Assembly (NCBI RefSeq): GCF_006345805.1
Contig: NC_043014.1
Location: forward strand, 29,636,001 to 29,700,000
Direction: 5' to 3'
Source: Octopus sinensis
Taxonomy: Eukaryota
Length of the DNA stretch: 64,000 nt
The notes beneath the pieces are model-generated. The model made no database searches. It saw only the letters and a program-made list of their open reading frames with translations, and was not told the DNA's origin. The translations under genes and the position numbers were made by a program. This document shows positions 12,628 to 26,299 of this stretch, in pieces. The stretch's first letter is position 1; every line of letters begins with the position of its first letter.

Positions 12628-14271
12628 TATGAAGGGTGAAGCTTGTTAATTCCGCAATCGTGCTGATTTTAGCATTATATTCAGCAATTGCTTCTATGTT
12701 AAATGATGTGCCTGTTGGATTGCCATGGCAGGAACACCTTTGTGTTTTTTACAATAGGTTATTGAAACACAAAGAGAATTTTTAGAAGTGTACAATCTAG
12801 TAGCCATGTATATACAAAAACAATGTATATTTTGTACTTTCACTGTTTCTGTTTTACATTTTACTTCTGAATTCTTTCAATATGTTAATAACACAGAGAA
12901 CAACTTTGATCGATACAATCTCTCCCATGGGCATAACTATGAAATATAATAAACATAAAATTTATTATCATTATCATAGAACAATGCAACATTATTTTAG
13001 TAATCTAACCTCTTTGTTAGATATCATTTTGCTTGGACAGCACATATAACCAATGTCTGATCATGCCATCCTGGCTATAGCCATGAACATGTGATTGGTG
13101 ATGGGTAAAATGAGTAACATTTTATTCTTATACACACTCCTAATATTTAGGTTTAAAAGTCTTGGAAAAAAAAACTGTGCATTATACATGAATAGGTATA
13201 GGTACAGTATATAATCTATCATCATTTAGCATCCATTTTCCATGCTGGCATGCATTGGACAGTTTGATAGGAGATGATAAGCCAGAGAATTGCACTAAGC
13301 TACAATGTCTGCTTTGGTATAGTTGTAATTTCTATAACTGGATACCCTTTCACTGTGTGTGTGTGTGCGCGCACATGCATGCACACACACACATACATAC
13401 ACACACACACACATACATACATACATTCATGCATGCATGCATATTAAAGATATTGGTATCGATGTCAAATACTTTGTATTATTTATGCATTTATTTTGGT
13501 TGGTCACCTATTTTATTCTTATATCATATCTATCAGAAATTGATTTTTGCCTTTATTGGCTAAGCTTCTGTTCTGAAACTTTTGTTTTATAAAAGTTTTG
13601 AAAATTATTACTGTTTCAGTCCAATAAATGAAAATACTTCATAGTTGAGTAATTAATATAAGAAAAAGAATTTACCATAAATTTTTGCAATTATTGAAAT
13701 TTGATGAACTATGAAAATGGTATTACAAAGAAATAGGCTTAAAATATTTGTCAATATAATTCTGTTAAATTTCTTGCAGTTTAGATGTATGTAAAATAAT
13801 TTCCATTAGAGAAATTGTTTGAAGAATATTGGCAGCATAAGCATTGACTTTGTAAATTGGAATCTAGAAACAGGATTTAGCAAACTTATGATAATTCAAA
13901 TCTTTTCATACCACTAGAAATTGAAATTCAATATATTTATGTATTTACTCATAAATTGAGATATTAAGCATCAAAATGTTTTTCTAATAAGCAGGAAAGA
14001 TAAAGGTAATAGTCTGAAAAATTTAATATCATAAAACATATTATCTCTTAATTGAACTAATAATATATTTCTTCATTGATACTCAACCACTTATATACTA
14101 AAATTATAAATTTAGAAAAATTTGTAATTTTCAATATCTGTCTCAGCCGAAAGCATTAATTTCTTGCTTTAAATTACTGTTAATTCTAATATTATATCAT
14201 TGAGGTGGAGACAATATTGTCTAGCAATGTTATTTGTTGGAGAGTTAGTATAAACATGTGGTTTTTAGCAG

Positions 14272-14317
14272 GTAATCTATATCAAGAATATTGAATGGTA
14301 TTCTAGTTATGAGGACG
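14272..14317 (+). CDS. Candidate coding exon VIYIKNIEWYSSYED (phase 0 to 1)
   Basis: tttttagCAG acceptor (short tract), ACG|GTAGGT donor, single open frame; phase-compatible with exons 9959 and 20453. Confidence 0.3.
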
Positions 14318-15539
14318 GTAGGTAATAAAATTTCAGCTAATTTTACTTAGTTACATGTTTCTTAAAGTACAAATATCTTACACCAAATATACAGTGATTA
14401 AAATATTTTCATACGATTTATTATGATGTTTTGTTTATTATTTATTTTGTAACTCTATTTGAATTAACTTTGAAATAACTTTTAACATTGAACAGATATG
14501 TCTGTTTATTGCTACAATTTTCCCCAGTTGTCTATAAGTAAATAAAACTAAATAGTCCTCTGGAGAAATTGTTCATGAGAATTTTTGGCATGTAGATTGT
14601 TTTAGGGTTTCAGTATTTATATCATTTGAGTTATTACTATACTAACAAACTGACAAAGAGGTCTTTTTCCATGTAAGTATTATTGGCTAGGTAATTAAGG
14701 CCAATTATATTTTGTATGTCAATGTATGAAGTCACTGTGTGTTCCACAATTTTAGTGAAAACAATATATTGTTATGATAAAATGTTTGAACTTTTAAAAT
14801 ATTCTGTTTTGTCAAAAATATGTTCCAGTATATTTCTGGTCTCTGCAACCTTTAAAAAAAGGTTTTGTTCCTTATTATATCAGCATGGAAAAGAAGCGCG
14901 TTGTCATTGAAAGATATATACATACATACAGATACAATGAATATGAAACACATACACACTTCTAATAATGCACACGTGCACAAATATTCAGACAAAAATG
15001 TACTTACACACAAGACTCAGTGTGTGTGTGTGTTATATAAATGCCAGTCAAATTCTGACATCAATTATGGTTGCTCTAATCAATTACATCCCCTCCCATG
15101 ACTAGACTTTGGTCACTGAAAATTTATTACTAATCAAGAAAGAAAGCATCTGCCATCTACTTTCCTACAATATCATTCTTTGTAATGTTAAATTTGAAAA
15201 AAAATCAATACTTTCAGGTACAGCAAAAGCTTTATATCATTTATAAAAGTATCAACTCATCAACAAACATGTCCACCTGCATGTCCTGTTTCTCTACTAT
15301 CGTCTCCTCTCTCTTCTATTGGTAACTAGGGATAATTTTTTCTCATTATGGGATGAATAGTCTCCCTTCAAATATTGACATACTTTTTTTAAAAATTTTT
15401 TTTACATTTGGTCTTTATGGGTGCCTGGCAGTTGTGTGTTTATGCTAATACAAGGTTTTGGATTTTAAGAAAAATAAGAAAAAATTGTAACTTAAACAAT
15501 TATTCTGGAAATTCCTTAGGCTCTGTTATAAACTAAAAG

Positions 15540-17640
15540 ATTTAAGAGGATGGTCTTCCTTTTTATGTAAAGGAGTTAATTTGTATATTTGTTGGAATCC
15601 ATAAGACCTTTTCAATTTTCTTTTTGGTTATCCTTTCTCGCATAGATGTAAGAATTGTCAGTTTTGTAAGCTATTTTTATATTTACACTATTGTCCTCTA
15701 ACTGTTACAATTCCAGTAACATTTTTTAATAAAAAAAAAAACAACCTGTTTCTGCCGCTGGAATACTTTGGACAATTCTTCTATAATCAAAAGGATAATG
15801 TAGCTTTCTTGTGATCCCTATTTTCAGATTTTTTCTTTTTTCAATCTGAATTGTATGCCATTATTTGTAAACAATTAAAATTGCCCTACTCTGGAATAAC
15901 TATATGAAGTTGTTCCTTCATTGCTTTCTTTACTGCTTTAACTTGTTTAATTTTTTTCCTGTTTTAGAATGGAACTTAACTCATGAATATGACTTAAATC
16001 TAGTTTTGTTTGTGTGACTAAGTAATTTAGTTGACTTATCAGTGGCCTAATCTTTATTGTTGATATTCTGTCCTCTAGGATTGTTATTTTCCTTTGAAAT
16101 AGATTTCAATTTCTTTACATATTTGCCTTGTCCAAATTTAACATACTCTTCATTCTTTTTAATATTTAATCCAGTATACTAAAATTCTGTTACTTCTTTA
16201 ATTTTAATTAAAGCACTGCATAAATAGCAATGAAATTAAGATAATTATTTTCAACAGCACCATGTAAATATTGCCTGATCATATTTTGAGGTGACTGCTT
16301 TTAACTTCATTGACTCCTCTCTATAGATACGAAGATCTTGAATTATCATTTAAGCCATATAAACATTTTAAGTTTCCATATGTAACCTGGAAGTACATTG
16401 GTTTCCTGAGGAGGATCTAAGCAAACTAATCATCTAATTTCTTGTTCTGTAAAAAGGCAGTCTTGATACCCATTGATTTGCAATCCAGCCATGAGATGCC
16501 ATGATTACTCATGTTATACTATATGTAGGCTCATTTTTGAATGTGCAGAAGAAGTAATTTTTAGTTTTTACCCCCAAAAGTCTCTTATCACAAGTGTAGT
16601 TTTACAAATTTGTTTATCACTTGACATTTTATTTGTATAAATCCATCTTGTGGATATCTTGGGTTAGCCTCAATAAGGTTCCTGCATATAAAATTGGTTC
16701 TCAGTTCAACTTTGAAGTTACCTTTTCTTTGCTTTATCCAAGTCAGTATTTGAGGAGGAAGAAACCATTTTGTTTTATCTAAGAAGTGCTTCTTTTCTTT
16801 GTTTATCTTCTCTTGCTCACCATTCAGGTACTCCAAGCTCAAAATCCAACCAAAATGGCTCACCTTATGCAATAATCACATTCACTAAACATTTATTTTT
16901 ACCCATTGCTTTACCTCCCCTACTTATTATATTCAATCTTCTCCATTGCAGATCCTCATAATTTTCAAGGTTACATTAAATAGTCTGTCCTGGTTTGAGA
17001 AACATAATCATTTTTGGAAAAAACTTTTATTTAGGTGATCTATTTCTTGTTCTCATTATTTGCTGTTTTTCAATATGTTCAGGTATTTGGTATTTTTAGT
17101 TTGAAATCCATATAATTCTCCTCATAAATAGATATTCTGGAAATATCATTATATCCATTTAAGGGGTAACAAGATCACTATTCTTATCTCCTGAAGAACT
17201 TTCATATGCTTCAGGATAGTACCAAATGAGATGGATGCACTCTTACATATGTACCACCATGTTTAGCAAGCAGTTGTTTATGCTCCCATAAAAGTTCCTA
17301 GATCAAGCTATCTATCATACTCATATCTTTTATAAAGAAACATCACCATTTAGTAGACTGTGCCATACTTTTCCTAACTTGGTGGTAAAGAGCATGTCTT
17401 ATTTCTTTGAAAATTCACCCTTTATATGAACACCATTTTAGCAGCATACTCACCATGCAAGTTATATGCTACAATTTTATTAGTGGATATACCTTCTAAT
17501 GCAGTAAGTTTAGCATTTAGAAAGGAAGGTAGATTAGTATTTCTTCCAAAAACAAGTTTATTGGGCTGTACCCATGAAGATTGTGAAAGGCGTTTTTGGC
17601 ACTTATAGCCCATGCTACTGTCACTTCAAAGCTGCAGCTT
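15540..17640 (-). mobile_element. Ty1/copia-order LTR retrotransposon remnant 1 (INT C-terminus, RT, RNase H)
   Basis: AWAISAKNAFHNLHGYSPNKLVFGRNTNLPS (INT), then PKISTRWIYT, GIKTAFLQ..PPQETN..IWKLK (RT), RRIVQSIPAAET and VLWIPT (RH), in INT-RT-RH order. Confidence 0.8.
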
Positions 17641-17667
17641 GTTTTCTCAGTTGTTTTCTTCCCATGA

Positions 17668-19744
17668 ATCCTGGCGCTGATCAGGTGTTATGACCTACAG
17701 CCACATTGTATTATTTGTTCCTTTTTTATGGGCAGAATCACCACAGCTGAAATATAGTGAACTGGATTACTGACATAATGAAAGCTATTGTTTGTTTAAA
17801 AGTGAAGTGGGGGAGAGTACAATCTGCATGGGTTTGCATAAAAGTACTTTCTGTTCTTAAGAAGAATCACAAACTATGTATTCTTTCATCATATAAAAGA
17901 GGTTAATATGATTTTGCCCAGAAATCATCTTTTCAAAATTTTAAATTTCCCCCATGCCCACCACAATTTCTTAATTTCTAAGTTGTTTTTCTAATTTTTT
18001 TTTTTCTTAATCCTCATAGGAAAATACAGAAATTACGAATCTGGGAAATACACATTTTTTTTTAAAGTTAAGTTTAATTTTTCTTAAAGAAATACTTAAT
18101 GCTCCTTCCCCCACTTCACCCACCCATCACCTACCTGCTTTCAAAACGCTAAAACCTCCCAATGTTTCACTTCTATCTGATGTTTCACGCATGTATAGAA
18201 TTGTACTGAAATAGCAAACGTAAAAAATACTAGACCATGCTAGTAACAACTGGCAAATGACATTATTTCTGAAGAAACTTCCCATTTTCCAAAAGGTTAA
18301 AATTTGAACATTGGGTGTTTGTAGCTCTTTGAAAGTGGTGAAAGTGGTGAGGTAACGGATGGATATTTGGGAAGGAGATTTTAGTGTTTCTTTAAGAAAA
18401 AAAGGTAGTAGAAAATTCTTAAAGATTTGTACTCTCTGTTTTTTGTTGTTTTTTTTCTCTGTGGATTACCAAGGAAAAAAATTTGGAAAAATGTAAAAAA
18501 AAAATGAAGAAATTGAGGTGGGGAAATGGAGAAAACTAAAATTTTGAGAATGTGTTTTTTGGGTGAAATCCTAATCTCCTGTATCAGAAACATAGAAATC
18601 AGAAAAAATTTAGAAAAAAAATAGGGTGGGGGTACAAATGTCACCTCGGACATACTAGAAACAACAGGTAAAGGACAGGATTTCTGGGAAAACTTTCTTT
18701 TAAGTTTATATTGAAGATCAGGTTTTTAAATACGGTCATTTCAACTGAGTTTGAGCAGTAATTTTGTGCATGCATACTGCAAGTAATAACATAATTCATA
18801 CAGAAGTTTTACCTAGTGTGTGTGTATGTGCACCAAAGCAAGTTATTTTATGGCATTCTTTCGTTTGAAACATCTAAGTTGTCAACTCAATCATATGAGA
18901 TCATATGATTGTTCATTAATTTCCATAAAATTTTTTTTATTTCTTTATGCTTTGAAGAGAGCAGAAATTGAAAGAGGAGAGAAAGTGAGATGCATGTACG
19001 TATATATGAAATGAATGTGTGTGTGTGCATGTGCATGAGAGAGAGAGAGTGTGTATTGGCATGTATTTTTTTGCATGTATGTGTAAGTGGCACCCACTCA
19101 CTCACTCTCTCTCCCTCTCCCTCTCTCATATTATCTTTCATATGCACATACATAAATACATATGCATACATCTTTTTGTATGTATGTATGTGGGCATGTG
19201 TATGTACATGTGAGAGAGAGAGAGAGAGAGTGAGTGACTGTATTTCCTCATAACATATAGAGTAATGTATGTCTTTTAATGAAATTGTTTTGGTTGTGGC
19301 TTATTTTAATACAATATTTATGTGTACATTTTCATAAATGTTTGTCTGAGTAGAATTCTATGCATGTGTGAAACATCAGATAAAAGTGAAACATTAGAAG
19401 CAAATCGAAATATTGCCAAAAAATGACCTCAGAATTGTGTGATCTGACCTTGTTTCCGAGATTATTTTAGTTGTGAAAAAGAGTTGCTGTGCCAAAAACA
19501 TAGTTTACAGTAATCCCACATCATATTGCAGTTCACCTATCATGCACTCAGTACATCACAGATTTTTCTGGCTAATATATGTAAATTATATCAAGGACTC
19601 TTCATTATATCCCGGTTTCTGTGGCTGATAGATATTTATAGTTTTAGATGTGAATTATTTCTGTGGGAGGTTTTGGAACGTAGCACCCACAATAGTCAAG
19701 AGATTACTCTATTTGGTAGATTTTATATATATATAGATAGATAA
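17668..19744 (+). mobile_element. Non-autonomous Helitron/Helentron-like element, copy 2
   Basis: Colinear with 2077-3920; abuts copia remnant 1; ends ..TATATATAGATAGAT. Confidence 0.6.
19508..19709. mobile_element. Tigger/pogo-like MITE nested in Helentron-like copy 2
   Basis: TA|CAGTAATCCC ... GAGATTACTC|TA; copy 1 has the empty site (TAGTTTATTTGGTAG). Confidence 0.7.
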
Positions 19745-20452
19745 TAAGCAGCTTTCTTTATTTTAGTACAGATGTGACTAATTTGGAGAAATATTACTTT
19801 CATTAGTTACATGTCATCACTCGCATAATGCAACACTTTGTAATTTTGGTTCAAATTGAAAGTGTGAAACTATTTTTACTTTCTATTGAAACCTGGTCGT
19901 TGTAAAGCAGTGTCTTTCAAATAACTATAGTTGGTTGTTGAGATAATGTAGAAAATATGTAAATGAAAATAAAGTTAATTTGGTGGCCAAAAGATTACTG
20001 AATCTTTTGATACCCCATATGTCAAAATCAGTAACTCAGTTTTTGAATGCATAAAGAACATACATGCACACACACACGCTCTCTCTGTTATATATATGTG
20101 TATATATATATATATATATATAGATATAGATATATATAGATATATATATATATAATGTATGTGATATTGTTTGGTATATAAAGGAAACAGTAGAATTCAA
20201 GGAAATTAGTGATGTTCTGCATTACCAAATTGTATATACAAAAAGTGGAATAGGTTGAAATGCTTACATTTCATACCTCTCTGAAGGGCCTTCCATAAAA
20301 TATTAAGGTTTCTTTTCCCCATGGGAAAATAATTCCATTTTGACAAATTTAGAATGCTGATTTTCATTTGTTCAAGCTTGTCTAAATTTCATTATATTTC
20401 CTACCTTCATATGTAAATAAGTGATGTGCAAAAAGATTTTTTTTTAAACCAG

Positions 20453-20508
20453 TTCCAGTTAGAACTACTCAATTTCATTTCCTCTATGTTAATACTTTCG
20501 TGAAGAAG
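20453..20508 (+). CDS. Candidate coding exon (V)PVRTTQFHFLYVNTFVKK (phase 1 to 0)
   Basis: ttttttttttaaacCAG acceptor, AAG|GTATGT donor, open frame; phase-compatible with exon 14272. Confidence 0.4.
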
Positions 20509-22116
20509 GTATGTCACAATTTCACCTTCCTTTGTTTCATTCAATATCAGGTTTAAATTCTATGTAAGATAATATTTTTTCATTGGATTACTCTTGTTAA
20601 AATTCATATTATGCTATCAATATACCAAGGAAATATTTAATAAAACATTGACTTAATAGTTATAGCCACATCTTTTTAAGATAATCCTTTTATTGGAAAA
20701 TGCTTATGTAAGTTTTTTAAAATTTTAAATAATTTTTTTAACAAATAAACTAATAAGTATAAAATTGATCCTTCACATACAATACATAAGGCAAGGATAA
20801 TTTTATAAAACTTTTCTGAAAATAAGTTATCATATTAGCATACTGTCATAGACTGAAGACCTTACAAAAACATTTAGATATATTCTTAGAGTAAATATTT
20901 TCAGAGGGATACTCCTTTACACCATCAACAATTGAGAGTGATGATTATATGCTTGTGATTTTAAAGCATTTCTAGAGAAAGTTTTCCTAAAACATCTACT
21001 TGAATCAGAAAACTCAGAGCAAACTTTGATACAGAATGCTTACAGTTACAATATGAGTTTAAATGTCTCTAAATTTGAAATGTATGTTGTATGAAATATT
21101 AGATAAGAACATAGAGACCCTTTACCAATAAATATGGAGTTTATATAAAATAAAAGAATAAATTGATAATGTGGAAAATCAAAAGTACTCTGGAACTAGT
21201 GTATATTTTTAGCCAAATGGATTGAAGTAAACAATGCCTATAAGGTCATCCTTGTGTTTCACATTCACTGGTACAGTGTTGGATTAAGCATTAAATTTGC
21301 AGGAAAAGTTGTACTGTTTTAAGAAAGTTATTAGAGTCCATTCTGCTAAGCTTTTCATTATCTTATAATACAAATAAAATATACACAATGTGCATGTTAT
21401 CACCAACTTTATAGAAAAGTTAAAATATTTTTAAAGTATATTTGTTCCTTTCCATTATTTTTATATTAGAAAGCTTTTGCCTATTGTCTTTGATGTCTTC
21501 CTTTCATTTCAAATTTTTGTTAAATTTTTTTTCTAAATACTTTAATACAAATAAATATTTTTTATCCTGTTAAAATTTTCAGTTTTATATGTTGGTCACA
21601 ACCATCATAATGAAAATAATTGCATTGCTTGACTCATCTTTTCCTACCTACAACTTAAAATATGATAAAATCTACATCATCTCTTCAGAGGTAAATTTGG
21701 CTCTGAGTAATTTTAACCATTGCTAAACACTTAATCTTCCTATGAGTAGGAATATAGTTACATTGTGTACAACAAACCCTACTTTGACCACTTGTATTCT
21801 TCTTGACTGAATCTGAAGGGAAAACTTCAGTGACTGTCCTGATCTCCAATTTGAATTGCTTCTTTGGCCTAAGTACTACAGGTTCAGATTTGTATGTTGT
21901 AGAAAAGATTGAGTCACACTATGTTTAATATTTTTTAGTGTATTTCAACTGATGTTTTAATGTGATAATTTTCACTATTAATAATAACTTTCAAAAACAC
22001 CCTAAATAATATTTACACATTTGATACCCAATAAGTATAATTTTTCTGATATTATATCTAATTTTCCTTTGTATCCTTTATTTTTCTAATAGCACTCACT
22101 CATTCAATAGATTTAG

Positions 22117-22165
22117 AATAATAACAAGCACACAAAGAGAGTGTTAAAACTTATGAAGAAATCAG
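22117..22165 (+). CDS. Weak candidate exon NNNKHTKRVLKLMKKS (phase 0 to 1)
   Basis: CAG|GTATTT donor, weak acceptor, phase-compatible with its neighbours. Confidence 0.2.
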
Positions 22166-22500
22166 GTATTTTGGTTACTTAACCTTGTAAAAGTCCTCAG
22201 TTTATTGTATACATACATATCAGGAGATTTTGTAAGTTTGCATGGCAGTGATCAGGAGTGCACAGCTAGTATGTACAAGAAAATAACTTACTGTGGGTTC
22301 AAACTTGTTATTGTATAACTTACTATTTATTACTTTTATAGTGATACATGTATTTGTACATTTTAGTATTACTAACCTATATAAACACACAATTACTGAT
22401 GTACAGAGTTGGGAAATGATATCTGTTTTATTCCTGTTTGTTTCAACTATGATAACATAAACAGTGATTTCAGCAAAGATAAATTGACTATTGGAAATAT

Positions 22501-23175
22501 ATCAGGCTGAGTAAAAAGTAAGCAACATTTTGAAACAGGAAATTCATCACAATATATTTCAATAATGCAAAAATTTTATTCATCAAAGTAAGTACCATTA
22601 CAATCAGCACATTTTTGCCAACGAGTTACAAGTTAGTTTATTATGGCAACATAAAAATCCGGAGCTGATGAACTCTTTGAAAGCACTTTCAGCATCTGTT
22701 TGATTTTTTAACTCCTCTTGTAGGAAACCATCAAGATGCTTGGAAAAGTGGTAGTCCGTAGAAGAAAGGTCTGGGGAATAAGCTGGGTGGGGAAGAACTT
22801 CATAGCCAAGTTCCCTCAACTTCTGGAGTGTCATTAGAGAAACGTGTAGTCAAGCATTGTCATGAAGAATGACTGGCCCGCTTCTGTTGACCAGTCTGGG
22901 ACGGAGTAGTAGCAGTTTTTCGTTCATTTTGGCAATTTCATGGCAATATGTTTCCACAGTAATGCTTTTCTGGGTTTTAAGAGGTTTTAGCAGATGAGTC
23001 CAACAATACACCATCAGACAGTCACCATAACCTTCTTTTTGAAAAGCTCAGGTTTAGGGAAGGCTTGCGGTACTTTATTTTTGTCCAACCATTGCGCAGA
23101 ATGTTTTTTTTTTTTATTGTACAAAATTCACTTTTTATTGCAAGTTACAATACAGTTGAGAAATGGATCGGTTTG
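22501..23175 (-). mobile_element. mariner (DD34D) transposon, 3' part with one TIR
   Basis: DPFLNCIVTCNKK*ILY, KKVMVTV*W, HDNA..LPHPAYSPDLSSTDYHF with 34 residues between the catalytic Ds. Terminus TATCAGGCTGAGTAAAAAGTAAG resembles a mariner TIR. Confidence 0.9.
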
Positions 23176-23792
23176 AAGACAAAAGGGAACACTTATCATG
23201 CAGTGTTAAAAAACACTATGCTGCTGTAAATTCAGATTTGTTTTCAGTTGTTGAGATCTTTAATAATAAAAGGATATTGAAAATCATATTTTGATAAAAA
23301 TTTAGATTAACAGATACATATTAGAATTAGAATTTAAAAAAAAAATTTCTAGACAGTGGAGACTTTAAAAATAACTTTCTTTTACAAACACTACATACTG
23401 TAAACTAATTGATAAGCAGTTTTCTTTATTATAGTATAGATTATGTTATATTCTGTGATAGAAGGTTGGCAATAAGACTTGAAACATCTGGAAAAGCAAA
23501 TGTTATCAAAATATCTGTTTCTGCTTGAGAGACATAGATTGTGGCTTCTTAGCATAGACAGATAAATTGATAACATTAATTTTGATATATAATGTAGCAA
23601 TGCATCTTCATTTGCATAAAAACTTTGGAAGAACCCTTGATTTGATATATTTTGATCTTTACTTCAAGCTATTCGATACAGCTGTGCAGTTTTATAGTAG
23701 AAAGATAGAGTTCTTGTCTCTGAATCATTTAATCTAATGTTACCTTACAAGAGGACTTAGCACTTTCATTAAGGACTGTGTTTCAATTACAT

Positions 23793-23794
<2 letters not shown>

Positions 23795-23881
<87 letters not shown>

Positions 23882-23890
23882 GTTATTATT
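23795..23890 (+). repeat. (ATT)n microsatellite
   Basis: Directly visible. Confidence 0.95.
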
Positions 23891-24256
23891 GTAATATAAT
23901 TAGACAAATATAGAGTAATTTTCCTTTAAGCCTATTGTTTACACATAGTTGCTAATTTAAAAAAAATTAATGTTACTTCTTAATTTCTACTTGTATTATT
24001 TGGATTAAATATATTTTTTGAGTGGGTTATTCAAATTTATTTTTGAATTCTAGTCTTTTATTTGTGCAAATAATGTAATTTGAGTTAGGATGGGAATTAG
24101 TTCTGAAACAATTAGATATAATAAGATTTTGTTAATTTAAATATTTGTAACAGCTTTGACCAGAAATTCAAATGTTTAAACCTTTCAAACTGAATACAAA
24201 TTAACCTTTCACTCGTAAATGTAAAACTTTAGTGAACTTTATATCAAATAATGAAG

Positions 24257-24975
24257 ACATCATCATCATCATCATCTTTAACGTTTGTTGTCCATGCTGG
24301 CATGAGTTGGACAGTTTGACTGGGCTGGCACGCTGGAAGGCTGTACCAAACTCCAGTCTGATTTGGCATGGTTTTCTATGGCTGGATGCCCTTCCTAATG
24401 CCAATCACTCCAAGAGTGTAATGAGTACGTTTATGTGCCATTTGCATGACACCAGGCACATGCTTGTGTACCACCAACACGGGTGTCAATTTGTGTGATA
24501 CCAGTATCTGCTATGACTGCAATCTTGCTCAGCTTGATGGGTCTTCTTCTCAAGCACAGTATAATTCCAAAGGTTTCAGTCAGTGCCTCCACGAGGCCCA
24601 ACACTCGAAAGGAACTCAGCCATTTGGCCTCCATGAGGCCCAATGTTCAAAAGGAACTCAACTACTTTACCTTCATCAGGCCCAATGCTTGAGAGGAACT
24701 CAGCTACTTTGCCTCTGTGAGGCTCAACATTCAAAAAATGTTCTTTACATGCCACCATCACAGGTGCACTTGGCTTGACGGGTCCTATCAAGCACAGCAC
24801 ATCACCAAAGGTTTTGGTCACCAGTCATTGCCTCTGTAAAGCTCTAAGTTTGAAGATAATACTTCACCACCTCGTCCCATGTCTTCCTGGATCTACCTCT
24901 ACCACAAGTTCCCTTCACAGTTAGAGATTAGCACTTCTTTACAAGGCTGTCCTCATCCATACACATTACATGACC
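24257..24975 (-). mobile_element. RTE LINE 3' end (ORF2 C-terminus, 3' UTR, (GAT)n tail)
   Basis: GTCGRGRSRKTWDEVVK..EAMTGDQNLW C-terminus and a (CAT)n run at 24257-24275; the ORF2 end matches 38365-38520. Confidence 0.85.
24585..24752 (+). repeat. 42-bp tandem repeat, about 4 copies, in the RTE 3' UTR
   Basis: Units start at 24585, 24627, 24669 and 24711 (GCCTCCACGAGGCCCAACACTCGAAAGGAACTCAGCCATTTG-like). Confidence 0.9.
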
Positions 24976-26299
24976 ATAAATAGTAAATCGCATTTAGTTT
25001 ACCAGTTTCACACATTTTATGCTTTACATATTTTATGCTTTGGACTTCATAACGTATTGTTTTCCCTCTCTTGTTAAATTTCAAGCTTTTTTCTGTATGA
25101 TAAACCCTTATAATTTTAAATTACTTAGAATTCTTTGTGATAATTCTTGAAAGTAAAACTAGTTATCTAACATATTTCATCTTTGCTATTATAATAAAGT
25201 TATCGTTTCAAATCCTTGAAATTCTTTCTCATTAACTCATTGTTATATTCTGTTATTATTCTACATTTTTTTATACTTACTTTATCTCCTTAAATTGCTT
25301 AATTCATAGCTGTCCTTAAATTCCTGAGACATTTTCCTCTTTAGAATGTTTTGACACACTAAAAGAAAAAGAGAAAATTAGAAGCATTGACTAGTGTTTG
25401 TTTATTTCATAGTGCTAACACATAATCTTTCGTTTTGTTTCAGTTGATTTGTTACAAATCTAGTCAATTAGTTTTAAAGAGGTGCTATTTGTGTTTTAGA
25501 AACTACTAATTAGTAATATCAATTATGTACTCCCTAATAATGTTTGTAATTAAAATTTTGACAGTAAGCATTTACTGGTTGCTGTAAGAGAGCTATTTTA
25601 TACATTGATATCAGTTTTCTTGACCTCGTGATTATACATCAATTATTTGAACCTATTTATTTTAAACTAAGCTGTTATTATTCACTATTTTATTTCTTTT
25701 TTAAAATTTTATCTCAATTTATCTTTCTATTTCATCATCGTTTAATAACTTCCATTTTGTTCTAAACCACAAATCAATCACAAGCTGATTAAATTCCTTT
25801 TGATTTTCTGTTTATTTTTCATGGTCAATGATTTGAAGGAAATTGATTTCATTGTTTAATTTTTTTATCATAAATTTTTTTAGTGATATTTTCCTAATTA
25901 TAGACCAATGGTCCTGTCATTTAAAAGTGTTTTAATGTTAATAAATACTTTAAAATTTTAGATCCGTCTTTTTTTAAAACTAAATATTAAATATTTTGTT
26001 TTTAATATTTTAAACTGATTTTCTAAAACAAAATAATATAATGCTTTGTAATATTTGTCACTTTGCAATATGTATCTTTACACTTAGTTTGTTATTTGAA
26101 ATAAATTTAATTAGAGAATGCAATATTTTCTTCTATTCTGTGTACATTGTATTGAATGCTAGAGCTCCAAACTAAAATTTGTGTTAGTCATAGACTTTAA
26201 TTTTTATGAATATGAGCATGATCTGACTAAGAGAATAAAACCTATTTATTATTAAGGAAACATTTTAGGATCGATTAGCTGGATGAAGAAGAGCAGCAT

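Noticed and set aside
12630-12760. Minus-strand peptide CSCHGNPTGTSFNIEAIAEYNAK, vaguely piggyBac-like
   Set aside because: Too short, with no diagnostic motif or TTAA/TIR.
24585-24752. CRISPR-like appearance of the 42-bp array (and the 21-bp array at 27574)
   Set aside because: Units are contiguous with no unique spacers, there are no cas genes, and the context is eukaryotic.
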